Positions 33,895 to 46,300 are shown, counted from the stretch's first letter. The stretch: DNA of 64,000 nt from Anthoceros angustus (GCA_010909165.1 VJWM01000220.1:242998-306997); one strand, 5' to 3'. Translations and numbers: made by a program. Notes: a model not told the origin generated them from the sequence alone.

Positions 33895-34250
33895 GTCTTG
33901 CCCACAACGCAGGCCCATCGCCCGCGCTCCAGTGTCCTGTCCAGCATCCCGCGCGCGGAGAAGGGGAAGGGAAGGGAAGGGAAGGGAAGGGAAGGAGAAG
34001 GAGAAGACCAAACTATTATTAGTCGCCCACAACGCAGGCCCATCGCCCGCGCTCCGGTGTCCTGTCCAGCATCCCGCGCGCGGAGAAGGGGAAGGGAAGG
34101 GAAGGAGAAGGAGAAGGAGAAGACCAAACTATTATTAGTAGTCACCCCGCAGGCCCATCTCCCGCGCTCCGGTGTCCTGTCCATCATCCCGCGCGCGGAG
34201 AAGGGGAAGGGAAGGGAAGGAGAAGGAGAAGACCAAAGTACTATCACTAG
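33895..34250. repeat. Three ~110-125 bp tandem units containing (GGGAA)n/(GGAGAA)n purine tracts
   Basis: CGCAGGCCCATC...GTGTCCTGTCCA...GCGCGGAGAAGGGGAAGGGAAGG...GAAGACCAAA; a fourth unit at ~35275-35365. Confidence 0.85.
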
Positions 34251-34604
34251 TGGGAGATCGGAGATTTCGCGCTTGCAATGAATAAGCGACACTTTTCGCA
34301 CGTAGACGTGACTTGCGTCACTTGTTGCAAGTTGTGTCGGGGCAAGTTTCCTCGAGTGACCTCGCAGAGCTTGGGGATGGGAAACACATGTGGGATGAGG
34401 TGCCAATAGGGGACCGGTCTGCTAGAGACGAGGAAGGGGTCACCAGCTAGAGATTAAAGAACCAAGACGCGTATTCAGAACAGTTTCTACACATGCATGA
34501 AGTGGGCCCATGGCTGGTGGTGGCCAATATAACATTTGTGTGTGGTGGAGCTTTGGTGGCGTAAGCTGGGCCCATGGCTCGTGGTGGCCAATATAACAGA
34601 GTTC

Positions 34605-34716
34605 GTTGAATCTAATGACTACGGACGTTACATCATCGTCGCTACCGAGATTACGAGCCTCTTGCACCAGACTCTTGGCAGCTTCCGAAGGTGCTCAATG
34701 TTCCGCACAGAATCCA
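34605..34716 (-). pseudogene. Isolated C-terminal fragment of a PP2C-type protein phosphatase
   Basis: Minus strand reads DSVRNIE...EAAKSLVQEARNLGSDDDVTSVVIRF, matching the PP2C terminal motif (EA..RGS.D[DN]I[TS]VVV[IV]RF); rest of gene absent. Confidence 0.65.
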
Positions 34717-36422
34717 GGGGCTTCAATGCCCCCCGGATTTGCGATTTGGTCCGCCTTCCAGCCAATCAGCGGTGTTCGGCCCCGGGTTACTCCACTGGCA
34801 ATCAAGACGCCGAAATGTCAGCCTGACAGCCAAATGCACTCGAGCATCAAACGAAGCCCCATGGTCGGCAATTGCGCTGAAAGAGCGCCTGCCAGCAACA
34901 TCTGAGCGCTCAGATCCGGGAAGTAGCAACAATCAGCCACCATACCAAGTGGGTGTACTTGTAACGCGTTTGGAGTAAAGATATTCCCTGTTTTGTCACA
35001 GTGCTTTCCACGTCTTAGGTCCAGGTTCAGGTGTTCTTCCAGCGTCTCAGGTTCTTCCTGGAATTGGCCGAGTGCAGACGCTCGCCCCTCCCCCCTCCCC
35101 CCGGAGATGCGATGTGTGATTCGTGTTGGTTGTGAAATCGCGGGACCCGACAGTCCGACACCCGCCACCTCCCGAGGCACCAGCACCCGTAAAACATAAA
35201 ACAGGCTACTTTCGGTCTCCGGTACCGTGACCCGTCCCTCCGCTGCTCCATCGCCTTTGCCTTCCCCACCATGCATGCCCATCTCCCGCGCTCCGGTGTC
35301 CTGTCCATCATCTGGCGCGCGGAGAAGGGAAAGGGAAGAGAAGACCAAACCAATATTACTAGTCACCCCTGCACCTAATGGGAGATGGGTGTTGCCTAGC
35401 CTGCCCCTCCGGAAAGCTTGTGCTAACCGATCGTTGACCAGTGTTGAGTTGAGTATCGATTCCTTCCTGCATCTCGGTATATAGGCCCTAAGCTTGCGCT
35501 GTTGAAGCTAGGCAGGAAGGACTGGATTCCAATGCGTAGCGTGCTGGCCAAGGGGCCCTTGTCGCTAATGCCCCAAATCTCAGTGCAGTATGAATTCATG
35601 CCGATGTCCTAGAATCTCAGTGCAGAATGAATGCTGTTTTGTGTTTGTCGTCAGTTGCAGCCATGGTGTAAGTGGATAGAGCTGAGGAGGGATGTCATTC
35701 TTATTTTATTGTGCAACGGTGATTATGGCTGCATGCGTACAGTGCCAGTCCAATCGTTCCACTCAACAACAGACTCTCCCACGGCTCTGCAAGGACTGGA
35801 TTCTTGATTCCCAGCCTGACTGCGTACTGTGATCTCAGTGTTTATGTAGATCGATGTTGGTCATGCTATATTATGCATCATGCTGTGTGATGTGGTGACC
35901 TTGATGTGTGTTGCCCTGACTCAAAGTTCTTTCCTCCCTTGGAAGATATGTTCGCAGGGAGAAGAAGGACGAAGAATTGTATTTTCCCAGGAATGCTGTA
36001 TACAACACTACACTACACTGCACTAGGGACAACCTGTGGATAGGTGATGTTAAGGCAGGCACGAGTGCCATCATCCTCCGGATCCGGGCAACGGTTTGAC
36101 AACCTGAGAACTGCCTCAGTTCCTCCTACGGTCTCAACTTCTTTGAGTTTTGGCTTGATTTTTGGGAAGGAGGGATGTGACTCTGCTTGTTTTGGGCAAC
36201 GGTGATCGTGGTCGCTCGACCTTATTGCAATACCAATTCTAATTGCGCACGCGGCGGCACACACAACGAGAGAGATAGACAAAGGGATTGTCTCTAGTCT
36301 TTTTTCACATACTACCAACAGGCTTGGACGGTGACACCTACCCAGGAATGCTACAAAGCTGTGGCGCTATCGTTATTGCTGTCCGCCACTTTCTTTCTGT
36401 GAGCCTTGCAGCCTTCCTGCCA

Positions 36423-37013
36423 TCACTTGCTTCGCATATAGTATACCCACGTCGACAAGGCAAAAGCCACAACGGCTATCATGCCCAATCGCATCCAAGT
36501 GCCGAGAGATCCATCACTCACAACTTTTCCGTCATGCAAAAACAAAATGACCAACCCCAACGCGCAAAGGGCTGTAATGAAAAAGACCCACGGAAAGAAG
36601 ACCAACCAAATTCTGGTTGAGCCATTGTCATGTCCTGACGCTCCTTGTAGCAACGTGACGCCAAGTGTGACAATTTGACCTCCCACTTTGATTAGATACT
36701 TAACCTTCTTAGTATTCTTTTCCTGGTCCAAGTGACTCGCTAGAACACTTGCAACCTCTTTGTGGCCACTCCCAACCTGTTCCTCTTCCTCCACTTGAAG
36801 ATTCGCGATGTCGATCGCGACACTTTCACCTCGTCCCGCCACTCCATTGGGCATGTCAATGGCGACACTTGGAACTTGCATCTGGCGATCTGTTGCATTC
36901 GGACCACATGCATTGCCAGCTTGGAATTCATCTGGAGACGAAACCCGCCCAGGCGATTGAACATGAGTATTCGGCCACTGGCAGGAACGGAGGTTTGCTA
37001 GTCGTTCACTCAT
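36423..37013 (-). CDS. Unassigned 3-TM membrane protein copy 3 (196 aa; alternative in-frame ATG at 37046)
   Basis: Intact ORF MSERLANLRSCQWPN...VAFALSTWVYYMRSK. Confidence 0.7.
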   Translation of the reverse strand: MSERLANLRSCQWPNTHVQSPGRVSSPDEFQAGNACGPNATDRQMQVPSVAIDMPNGVAGRGESVAIDIANLQVEEEEQVGSGHKEVASVLASHLDQEKNTKKVKYLIKVGGQIVTLGVTLLQGASGHDNGSTRIWLVFFPWVFFITALCALGLVILFLHDGKVVSDGSLGTWMRLGMIAVVAFALSTWVYYMRSK

Positions 37014-37404
37014 GATAGAATATCCACACGGAATCACATAATCCATTCCGCTAGTAGCTCCCACGCGCGCTCCCTGCCAGGCTGCTTGCGTGCTCCTTGC
37101 TCAAGCTCAAGTGTGCAACCAAGAGCCCGCGGCACCAGTCCTGCAATCACGACCGCGAAGTGTGGGCGTGACACTGAAATGCACCGAAGAATCAAACACA
37201 CTTCATCAAAGACACGGCACACACCTGGTCCGCCTTCCTGCGAATCCGGTTCCAAGCCTTTCGCCCTCGCCCCTTGCTGAGCCAAGAGCCCGTGAGCAGT
37301 GAGCAGCGAGCAGGAACTATTGACTGCAGCGAGCAGGGTGCGGTGGCGCTATTCCAGCGTCTCGGAACGAATTCGTTCGGTACCCTGTGCCAGTAACTGC
37401 ATAG

Positions 37405-37800
37405 GCCCTGCCCTGCCCTGCCCCTGCCCTGCCCTGCCCTGCCCTGCCCTGCCCTGCCCTGCCCTTCTGCCCTGCCCTGCCCTGCCCTGCCCTGCCCTGC
37501 CCTGCCCTGCCCTGCCCTGCCTGCCCTGCCCTGCCCTGCCCTGCCCTGCCCTGCCCTGCCCTGCCCTGCCCTGCCCTGCCCTGCCCTGCCCTGCCCTGCC
37601 CTGCCCTGCCCTGCCCTGCCCTGCCCCTGCCCTGCCCTGCCCTGCCCTGCCCTGCCCTGCCCTGCCCTGCCCCTGCCCTGCCCTGCCCTGCCCTGCCCTG
37701 CCCTGCCCTGCCCTGCCCTGCCCTGCCCTGCCTGCCCTGCCCTGCCCTGCCCTGCCCTGCCCTGCCCTGCCCTGCCCCTGCCCTGCCCTGCCCTGCCCTG
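37405..37800. repeat. (GCCCT)n / (AGGGC)n microsatellite, ~400 bp
   Basis: Nearly pure pentamer tract with few interruptions; related GGGCAG(T) repeats at ~39570-39665 and ~32610-32640. Confidence 0.97.
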
Positions 37801-37814
37801 TCCACGCTGGAACC

Positions 37815-38628
37815 CATGTTGACCAGACTGTTAGCGACAAACATATCAGCTTCATGTACGTGTTCTCTGATTTTTTCATGAAGCTGCTTCCCCGGTTTGA
37901 AAGCTGAGGTGCCCACAGTTGCACATGCCTGTACAAGGCACATATGAAGTGCTTCCTGCCCCACGCCCTGCTGCGAATACCCTGCTATCATGGTCGTTCC
38001 AGGTCGCCACATTTTTGTGACCAAGTCCATCAACATTCTGGGCAGCTTTCTCACCAAAATTCTTTTGACCAAGTCCGTTACACAGTCTCTGAGCATCTCC
38101 CAGGCTGCCACACTTTGCATACATGTTGACCAAACTGTTGGCCACAAACACATCATCTTGAAGTCCTTGTTCTCTAATTTGAGCATGATGCTGCTTCCCT
38201 TCTCCAAGGCTGAGCTGCCTTAACTTGCACATGCCTGCAGGAGGCAAACAAATGTCACAGAAATAGGTCAGGCCATGCCTTCTGCTGACATCTTCCTGTA
38301 GAGATGAAAGGCTTCCTGCCCCACGCCCTACTGGGAACACCCGTCTATCAGGGCATTCCAAGTCACCACATCCTGTCGCCCCAGCACATCAAGACTCACT
38401 GGTAGTCTTTAACGCTGCCACACTTTGCATACACGTTCACCAAAATGCTGGCTACAAAAGCATCAGCTTCATGGCCCCGTTCTCTGATTTGCGCATGAAG
38501 CTGCTTCCCCTCCTCCAAAACTTGGGTACCCAGAACTGCACATGCCTGCAGGAGGCATGCAAATGTCACAGAGTCGGGTAGAGTGCTGCTGTCTTCTTGC
38601 ATAGCACAGTAGAGACGAAGGGCTTCCC
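37815..38628 (-). pseudogene. PLS-class PPR pseudogene; inverted duplicate of ~22500-23630 without the internal inversion
   Basis: EALRLYCAMQEDSSTLPDSVTFACLLQAC...LVNVYAKCGSVKD; shares the same disablements as the 22.7-22.9 kb copy. Confidence 0.85.
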
Positions 38629-38639
38629 GCAATCCGGAG

Positions 38640-38900
38640 CTCCAGCGCCTGCTCCTGCAGTGCCCAGCACAGCAGCAGGCCGGGGCGCCTGCAGGCAACA
38701 TCTCAGCGTCTGAGCGCAAGGGCTCCTACACTTGCGTACTTGAGGGCCCGCCTTGCCCCGCTGCCGGAGCGCCTGCAAGCAACATGTCAGCGTCTGAGCG
38801 CAAGGGCTCCGACACTTGCGTACTTGAGGGCCTTCCTTTCCCCGCTGCCGGAGCGCCTGCAAGCAATATCTTAGCGTCTAAGCGCTCAGCTCCGGAGAGG
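38640..38900. repeat. ~84 bp tandem repeat, about 2.5-3 copies
   Basis: GCCTGCA(A/G)GCAACAT(C/G)TCAGCGTCTGAGCGCAAGGGCTCC...CGCTGCCGGAGC units. Confidence 0.8.
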
Positions 38901-39699
38901 AGCAACCATCAGCTCCGAGTACGAATGAAGAATGCTAAGCCCACGCGTGACACTCAAGCTGTTTGCTTGTCACTTCAACTGTTTGACGCGGGAAGAGAGA
39001 GTGTGCACGTGGACAATTGCAGGGTGACAGCACGCCAAGCAGCCGCCGCGGAACGTCCAGCCGCCTTTCGCCGACGAAACGCCCAGTTTCCGAAGGTGCT
39101 TCCTGGAATTGGCCAAGTGCTGACGCTCGCCCCTCCCCCTCCTCATGATAGAATATCCACACGGAATCACATAATCCAATCCGCTAGTAGCTCCAACGCG
39201 AGCTCCCTGCCAGGCTCCTTGCGTGCTCCTTGCTCAAGCTCAAGTGTGCAACTGCAAGAGCCCGAGGCACCAGTCCTGCAATCAGGACCGCGAAGTGTGG
39301 GCGTGACACTGAAATGCACCGAAGAATCAAACACATTTCATCAAAGACACGGCACACACCTGGTCCGCCTTCCTGCCAATCCGCTTCCAAGTCTTTCGCC
39401 CTCGTTCCTTGCTGATGCTCAAGACATGGTGTGACAGTATCCAAGCCCGGCCCCCGCGCGGCAGCGGTGTTCGGCCCCGGGTTACTATGCTGGCAATTAA
39501 GACGCCGAAATGTCAGCCTGACACGCAAATGCACTCAAGCACCAAACAGAGTTGCCGATACGCACCGCAGGGCAGTGCAGGGCACTGCTGGGCAGTGCAG
39601 GGCACTGCTGGGCAGTGCAGGGCAGTGCTGGGCAGTGTGGGGCAGTGCTGGGCAGGGCAGGGCAGGAAACACAAGCTTGCAGTAGGCACACAAACGTCA

Positions 39700-40100
39700 C
39701 AGAATTTGGCATGGGGCAGGAAGCACTTGGTCTTTACAGTGGTATGGAATAAGGAGGCATCGCCATACCCAACTCTCTGACATCTTTGTGCCTCCTTCAG
39801 GCATGTGCAAATGCGGCAGCTTTACATCTGGGAAGGCAGTTACATGCATAAATCAAAGAACAAGGACTTGAAGTGGATGTGTTTGTATCTGGCAGTTGAA
39901 TAAACATGTACGGAAAGTCAGGGAGCATGCTCAATGGACTGCCGGGACGAGACATTGTTGCCTGGAGTGCACTGATTGCAGGTTATGAGTGTGCTCGATG
40001 CACTGCTGGGACGAGACATTGTTGCCTGGAGTGCACTGATTGCAGGCTATGCGGGTCTTGGAAACTCTGTAGTGGTCTTTGACTTGGTCCAGAGAATGCT
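39700..40100 (+). pseudogene. PLS-class PPR fragment with internal ~60 bp duplication
   Basis: CLLQACANAAALHLGRQLH..., RDIVAWSALIAGY twice (39945-40050). Confidence 0.8.
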
Positions 40101-40104
40101 AGAA

Positions 40105-40550
40105 GATGGCAAACACTCTCCGAGCGTCTTCCAAGTTCCCAAGCTTGGCATTCATGTCCACCAAGGCATCACACACAAACAAGTCAGGCTCAACCCCAAC
40201 GGCCAACACATGAGTATGCACCTGCTCCCCAGTCTCGAAGTCCGCCCCCCTCGCACAGGCCTGAAGCGCAGCCACAAACACATGCTCATCCGGCACCACC
40301 ACGGACCTCCGCATCCGCCGATGTAGCTCAGCAGCGTGCCTGTCCTCCCCCGCTCAACGTGCGCAGAAGTCACCGACGACCACATAAACATCCTTCCTGC
40401 AACCCCTTCAAACACACCCACCACCTCTTCCAACCTGCCATGCCCCATCATACATCCGCAGCATGTGGTTCCCCAGGAACTCATCCGACTCGTACCCCAA
40501 CCTCACCATCACCCCGTACACCCTCCGACCCAGCACAAGATCCCTCCTCC
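40105..40550 (-). pseudogene. PLS-class PPR fragment, convergent with the previous one
   Basis: FVAALQACARGADFETGEQVHTHVLAVGVEPDLFVCDALVDMNAKLGNLEDARRVF. Confidence 0.75.
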
Positions 40551-41861
40551 CCTGAAACATGTTTCAACCGTTTTTGTTGAAACCTCCTGTACATCTTCAC
40601 ATGACTGTAATTGATGAAGCCCGTAGAAATCTAGGAAGGTAAAACTCCCAATAAAACCATCACTTCTGCCTTCTAGAGTTAAAAGGCCTGCTCGAAACCC
40701 AATTCCAGCCAGACTGAAGCTGGTTTCTCCAGTTTACGGCTCGTACTGGTCGATGATGCATGCACGAGTTTCAAAAGAGGAAATGAAAGCAAGGGAAGAC
40801 GACGGTGTTCCTGGCTTGTCTCGCTCCGCCTCCAGATCCTCACACAGCGTTTCCCTGTCGGACTCGAGTTGCAAAAGCTCATCCCAAAGACTTAAGTGCA
40901 GTCGTCCGCTCACAGGCTATACTCCCTCGTAGCTTCGCATGCTCCTCCTCCATCCTCCGCTGCTCGGAAACCACTGCAACATCCCTTGCCTCCCTCTCCT
41001 GCAACATCACGGCCTACTCTCTCTTCCTCATACTTTCCGTCTCCTTCTCCAGTATCTGCACCGTGGCCATGGCGCAGGAGCCGAGCCCATCAAGCTCCTC
41101 CAGCTCCATCCTCTCTACCCCGCCGATCGCTTGCCAGTCTTCGAGTTTTTCCTTCGCCATAAGCAAAGCCTCGTGCACACAGACATCCTCCTTGCTCTCG
41201 ATCGCACTCCGTCGCCCAGGCCCGCATCCGCTTTCTGGGTTCGCCAATCATGCACAAGGCAAGCATACACGTTAATGGCGTTGTCAATGTGATTCCCCCT
41301 CCTTCCACTGGAATCCCCACCTTGCAGAAGGAAGGAAGGGAGCCCAAACCTGCAGACCTGCGAGCATCCACCACCTCATTCCGCCTTCTTTTGAAGGCCT
41401 GAATCTGCTCCCGGCTGCACTCACACTCTATGCGTTCGTTGCGAATCACTTGAAGCTTGTCCCTGACCTTGTTCATCCGTCGCCATTCCTCGGCAGTCGC
41501 GACGGAGAGCTGAGGGAATGGGGTAAATCTCCACACACAGAAAGTATTAGAGCATCCGTGCCAATCTCCGAAAAGATGAATGCTATGACACGTCCGGCCA
41601 CCCGGCCCGCGCGCATCAGCGTCACCAACCACGCTATGCACGCACTAAGCGCCCGGATGCGCAACGTGAGCTGTGTGCTCGGTTGCGGAGTGTGGACATA
41701 CAATTTCTCCCTGCAGTGACCAGCAAAATCGGCCTCAGGATTGCCGAAGACAAAACGACCGGTATCCCATCTGAGCGGTTGGTTATCCGACTTGTAATGA
41801 AAGAACCGCAACGTTCTGGTAATCGCTGTGCTACCACCGTGACTCTAATAAGAGGTTCGTG
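40551..41861 (+). repeat. Duplicate of 20721-21957 with a ~75 bp insertion near 41233-41310
   Basis: Colinear similarity throughout. Confidence 0.9.
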
Positions 41862-43359
41862 ACTACGAAGGATGATTTATTGAGGTGAAAGAACGATGGA
41901 AAGAGACCATTTAGGAGGGGACAACAAATGGGGACCAGGGGGTCGGAGTGAAGAGGAGCAACTGAGCTCCCTACCTAAAGTGACCAATCGCACTCCACAA
42001 TGTGTGTAGAATAAACGGCCGCAAACCATGAGGAAGAGGAAAAGGCATCACCCACCGCCGCCGCCTTATGGAGAATCGCTGAGAGCGCCTGAAGAGCAAT
42101 AGAAACCCGCAAGTATGCGCGGGTACGAGAGGGACAGCTGCACTATGCCATGGTAAGCTTTGGCACAAGACTTGACAATTCATTCTGATAGCTTTTTTCC
42201 ACATTTGCCGCAATGCACAATGCACTAGAGGCACATGCAATCAAGTCTCATGCGAACTTGGATGGCCCCTCAAGGACGGCCGCGAAGATGGATTCTCTTT
42301 GTTTTGATTTCTTCCCACTCGTATGATTGGACGCCTTTTCCTTCTGCTTTTGCGCTGCTTCGTCCATTTGTTCGGTTGCCTGCCAATTTATGAACAAGAA
42401 CGATTTTCACAACACACAACATGCAGATGCGACTCACTGGTTTGTGTGACAACAACCGGCAAACACATGCCTAAGCCGAATTGTCACACCTCGCCAATAT
42501 CTGCCATTGTCCGCCTTAATCGACCAACACATGAATGCAACGAAAGCACATCCACAGTGCGATGGAGACGCCTCGACTTATTGTCACCGTGACATCTCCA
42601 AAGACACATTCGCCCATGCACGCAACCATCAAGACTTACCTTCAGACGGATGGCGTGCTCGCTGCGCCCACCCTTGCCCTCGCCAATCGCCTGTGAGTCT
42701 CCGTGTTGTTCCAGCCTTCCTTCGCCCTTCCGACGCTTTCGAGTTGTTCACGGCAGGATCGAACCTCTTCCACGCTATCGCTAGAAGCACCGCTCCCGAT
42801 CGCAGGATTTGTTGTGCACTCTTCCTCATTCTCGACGGTAGTGGACGACCTTTGTGCATGACTTCCGTTATGCGCAGATTTGCGACTTTGGTCCTCCTGA
42901 ACACCATTACCGTCATGGCCCATGTCCACCTCCTTCTGCCGTTCTTCTTGCTTGATTAGTCACTATTGAATGTTCAGTATGCGTTGTCTTTGGTGCTGTT
43001 TGTCTGCTGGGGCTAACAGTTTTTTTGTGTTTCTTATTATTTGGGAAATAGGTCTAATTACAGGAAATATGTGGGTATTTTTTGGGAAGGAGTGCTCTTC
43101 TCTCACTAACATAAAGTGGAAAGGATCACTAAATTTAACAATGTGTAGATTCAATGAATGTTCTGTGCCATGTCCCCCACACCCCTCTCTTTGTCTTGGA
43201 TTGTTTTATAATCATCTGTTAGACCCTTCAGCAGGAAGTTCGTTTTTGGAAGTTCTGAACACCACGTAAGTGTTTTTTTGGTTTTGATTTTTGTTTGTGA
43301 AGTTCTCCTTTAGGATGGTTTTGTTCCTTGTCCACTCTAATTCTTTTTTGGCTTTGCAG

Positions 43360-46300
43360 ATGGCTCCTAAAAGGAAACCCACTGGGCCTTCTGGACGTGG
43401 AAAAAAGCAAGGGTCCTTGGTCAAGTCGGCTAAGCTGCATACAAGAGTGGTCAAATCAGCTTTATAATCGCAACCCATCCACGCAGGATGATGGTAAAGT
43501 TGATGGTGTCTTGGTGCAGTGAAGGAACTATTTAGTTCCCAAAAAGATTCCTAAACCGCCAAGGCACTTCTCATCCAAGAAGGATGCTCGACGTGGAGTT
43601 TGTTCAAGAGGAGAAGGGTGGACACCGACTGGCATTGGTTGAAGGTCCTCTTGAGATTACTAACTATGTCCCAGGGTCTGAGAGAGGGGTCCAGTTTGTG
43701 GGGGAGAATGATTTCTTGATAACTGACGATCCCATGGTTGTGAGCGCTGCCAAAGCCTGCCCTGGAGTCTAGAGATTTGTGTGCCGTGCTGAAGAATGCT
43801 TTACAGTGGGCTTTTCCATGCTGCTGTGGTTCCCGACCGAGTCATCCCTGATCAAGAAGTGCTTGATATGTTTGAGAGGCTGAAGTGTGCTGGTCCTCAA
43901 GATGACTTTGCCATGGGTATGGAGGAAATTGATGATGAAGCAATTTTGAGAGCGGATTTGACCCAATAGTCCCGAGAGGGAGCGTGAATGATGCTTTGAG
44001 TGGTGGGGAGGATAGGTCCAAACAATAACGTGTCAAGTCGTGTGGCCTTTATGAAAGTGAGTGGGGTCGGGATGGGATCGCTGTTGAGGATATCCTCACA
44101 AGGATCTAATCTTATTCCCCTTTTTCCATCAAGTTCGAATCAAGGACAAGGAGATTTTCTAAAACGTAAGTAGTGATGTTTTTGACTTGTTGATTTTGAT
44201 AGTTCGACTTTCCTTCACATGACCGATTTCGATTCTCTTGTGCGTTGATGTCTTTCTTTCGTGGTTTTAACAATTTAACAAGGAAGTGCATCTTGAACCA
44301 AAGCCGCTTGGTTCTCGATGTTCTTGATCAACATGTTTCATGGAATTTTCCATGGGTCCTGTGCGTTTGTTGCGTCCATGAAAATCGCAAGGACCTTGGA
44401 TTGTGTCATGTCGAAAAGAGGTGAAGTTGATTTACGATGATGAGCGACGATTCTTTCACACGAGATCATCAATGCTCATTTGGGGGCTCAAAAAGGTAAT
44501 ATTGTTGGTTTAGGGGTGCACTTTGATTGTTCATTTATGGTTTTAAACCTGGAGGCCTTATGCCTCTATTGTTTGCGGTGTGTGTGCATATTTTTGCATG
44601 ACCAGTTTGGAGTTCGAGGTGGTGAAGAGTTACATAACCCGCTCATTAGGGACTTCTGCTCTCGATTCAGCGGACCTTTGTTCAAGATGTTTTGTTGTTT
44701 TGTTCATTGTATCTTTGACGTGGTATGTTTTGTTGTTTTGATGTCTGTATTATTAAGCTCGCTTTTATTTGCGGTGTATCAACGGCTTTCAAAAATTACA
44801 AAGTGGACATGAAGAATTACGAGTGAGCATTTCCGTCAAAAGGTCAAGATTTACGAAAGGGGATGTTATCGAAACTTTTAGAGTCATTGAACACTCTCCC
44901 AAGTGGTCTGCAACGACAAAAATCTGTCAATTGTGGGTTTTTGTTCAATTCAACATTGATAACCCAAGATCAAATGTAAGTTTGTTGTTATTTGGGCTTA
45001 AGTTTTGTGGTTTGTATTTACTAAGCTTGTTTTTGGCTAGGCTTGGTATGCAAAACTCCGTGTTTCAAAAGGAATGTTGTCAAGGTTCATGAAGACCATG
45101 GCTGAAGCATGGGCTTTGGCTATTACACCAATAAGAGCGCCGTAACAATGATTACACGTTGACGATGGCTCGTGTGCCTTCGATCCGGGAGAAGTGTGAC
45201 GCCATAAACGGATGCTGGATTCTCAAGGTAATATGTTTTGAAAGCTTGTGACATTTGAGTCCTTTGTATGTTCCTTCGACGTCGATATGGTTTTGATATG
45301 GCCCGTCAAGCAAACAGTACCGCAGAAGAGTCCTTGTTCGGTGAACGGCGATCCTATCGAGCTTTTGAACGAAGAATCAATCGGATGGGATGATTTAAGG
45401 GGTGTTCTTCGTCAAGCCCCTCAATGTGACTCGAAATTGTATTTTCTAGTCACCAAGATCGCACTTTGTGCAACAAAGTTAACAATGTAAGTGTTTGAGA
45501 TTTGTTGCAAGTTTGTAGGGACTTGTTTTTTGACAATCCGTGTGTCCCGACTTGTTTTTGTGTGTTAGGTCTCTCGCTGCCACTCATGTTGTTCATCATG
45601 AAAGGCATCTTTGAACAATGTCAAGACCGAATCGAAGTTTTCCCGCACTCATGTGGTCCATCGTGTCCTCAAGTTCAGTTGGTATCGTTCCTTTTGCTCC
45701 ATGTTGGATCCGCTTTTAATCACGGGTTTCCGCTGTTGTGCAGGGTGGTGGAGACTGTGGTGTTTTGGTGCAAACATACCTCCGAAAAGGGCCAAGGCAT
45801 CCGGATGGATAACAGCATCAACAACTGGGTGTTCTAGTGAAATTCCATATGTTGACAAGGTTGATTCTTTGTCTGCTTGTTTGTTTTCACTTCTTTTGAG
45901 TTTCGATTATGTTTATCTTGGCAAAGTTGTGAATCCTGCGATTAGTGGAAGTAGCCATCGTCCTCATTTCAACATTGATACAAATTAGGGAAGTTGATGC
46001 ACTAGTCCCTCCGTTGGAGGGCATTGCATAGTGAGTGTGATCATCATCCGGTTAACCAGATGTAAATGTACGTGGGTAGCACCTCGATATTGTATTGCAC
46101 CGTGACCGCAAATGGAAATGGAAGTGGCTTTGAGCAATGGGCCGAGATTGCGCGAGTCACGGAATTGAGTATGATAGATGCAAACAGGAATTGGAGTTTC
46201 AGCAAAAAAGGATTTGGAGGCTCTTATAGAGAGACAGAGGCGTAAAAGGGCTTGAATTACAGTCTCAAAGCAAAGAGAGAAAGCCCTTGAGATTCGAGAG

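Noticed and set aside
37299-38207. Long ORFs with (PCPAL)n or (GQGRA)n repeats, including a PPR fusion
   Set aside because: Open frames arise because the GCCCT pentamer contains no stop codon; the PPR part is disabled.
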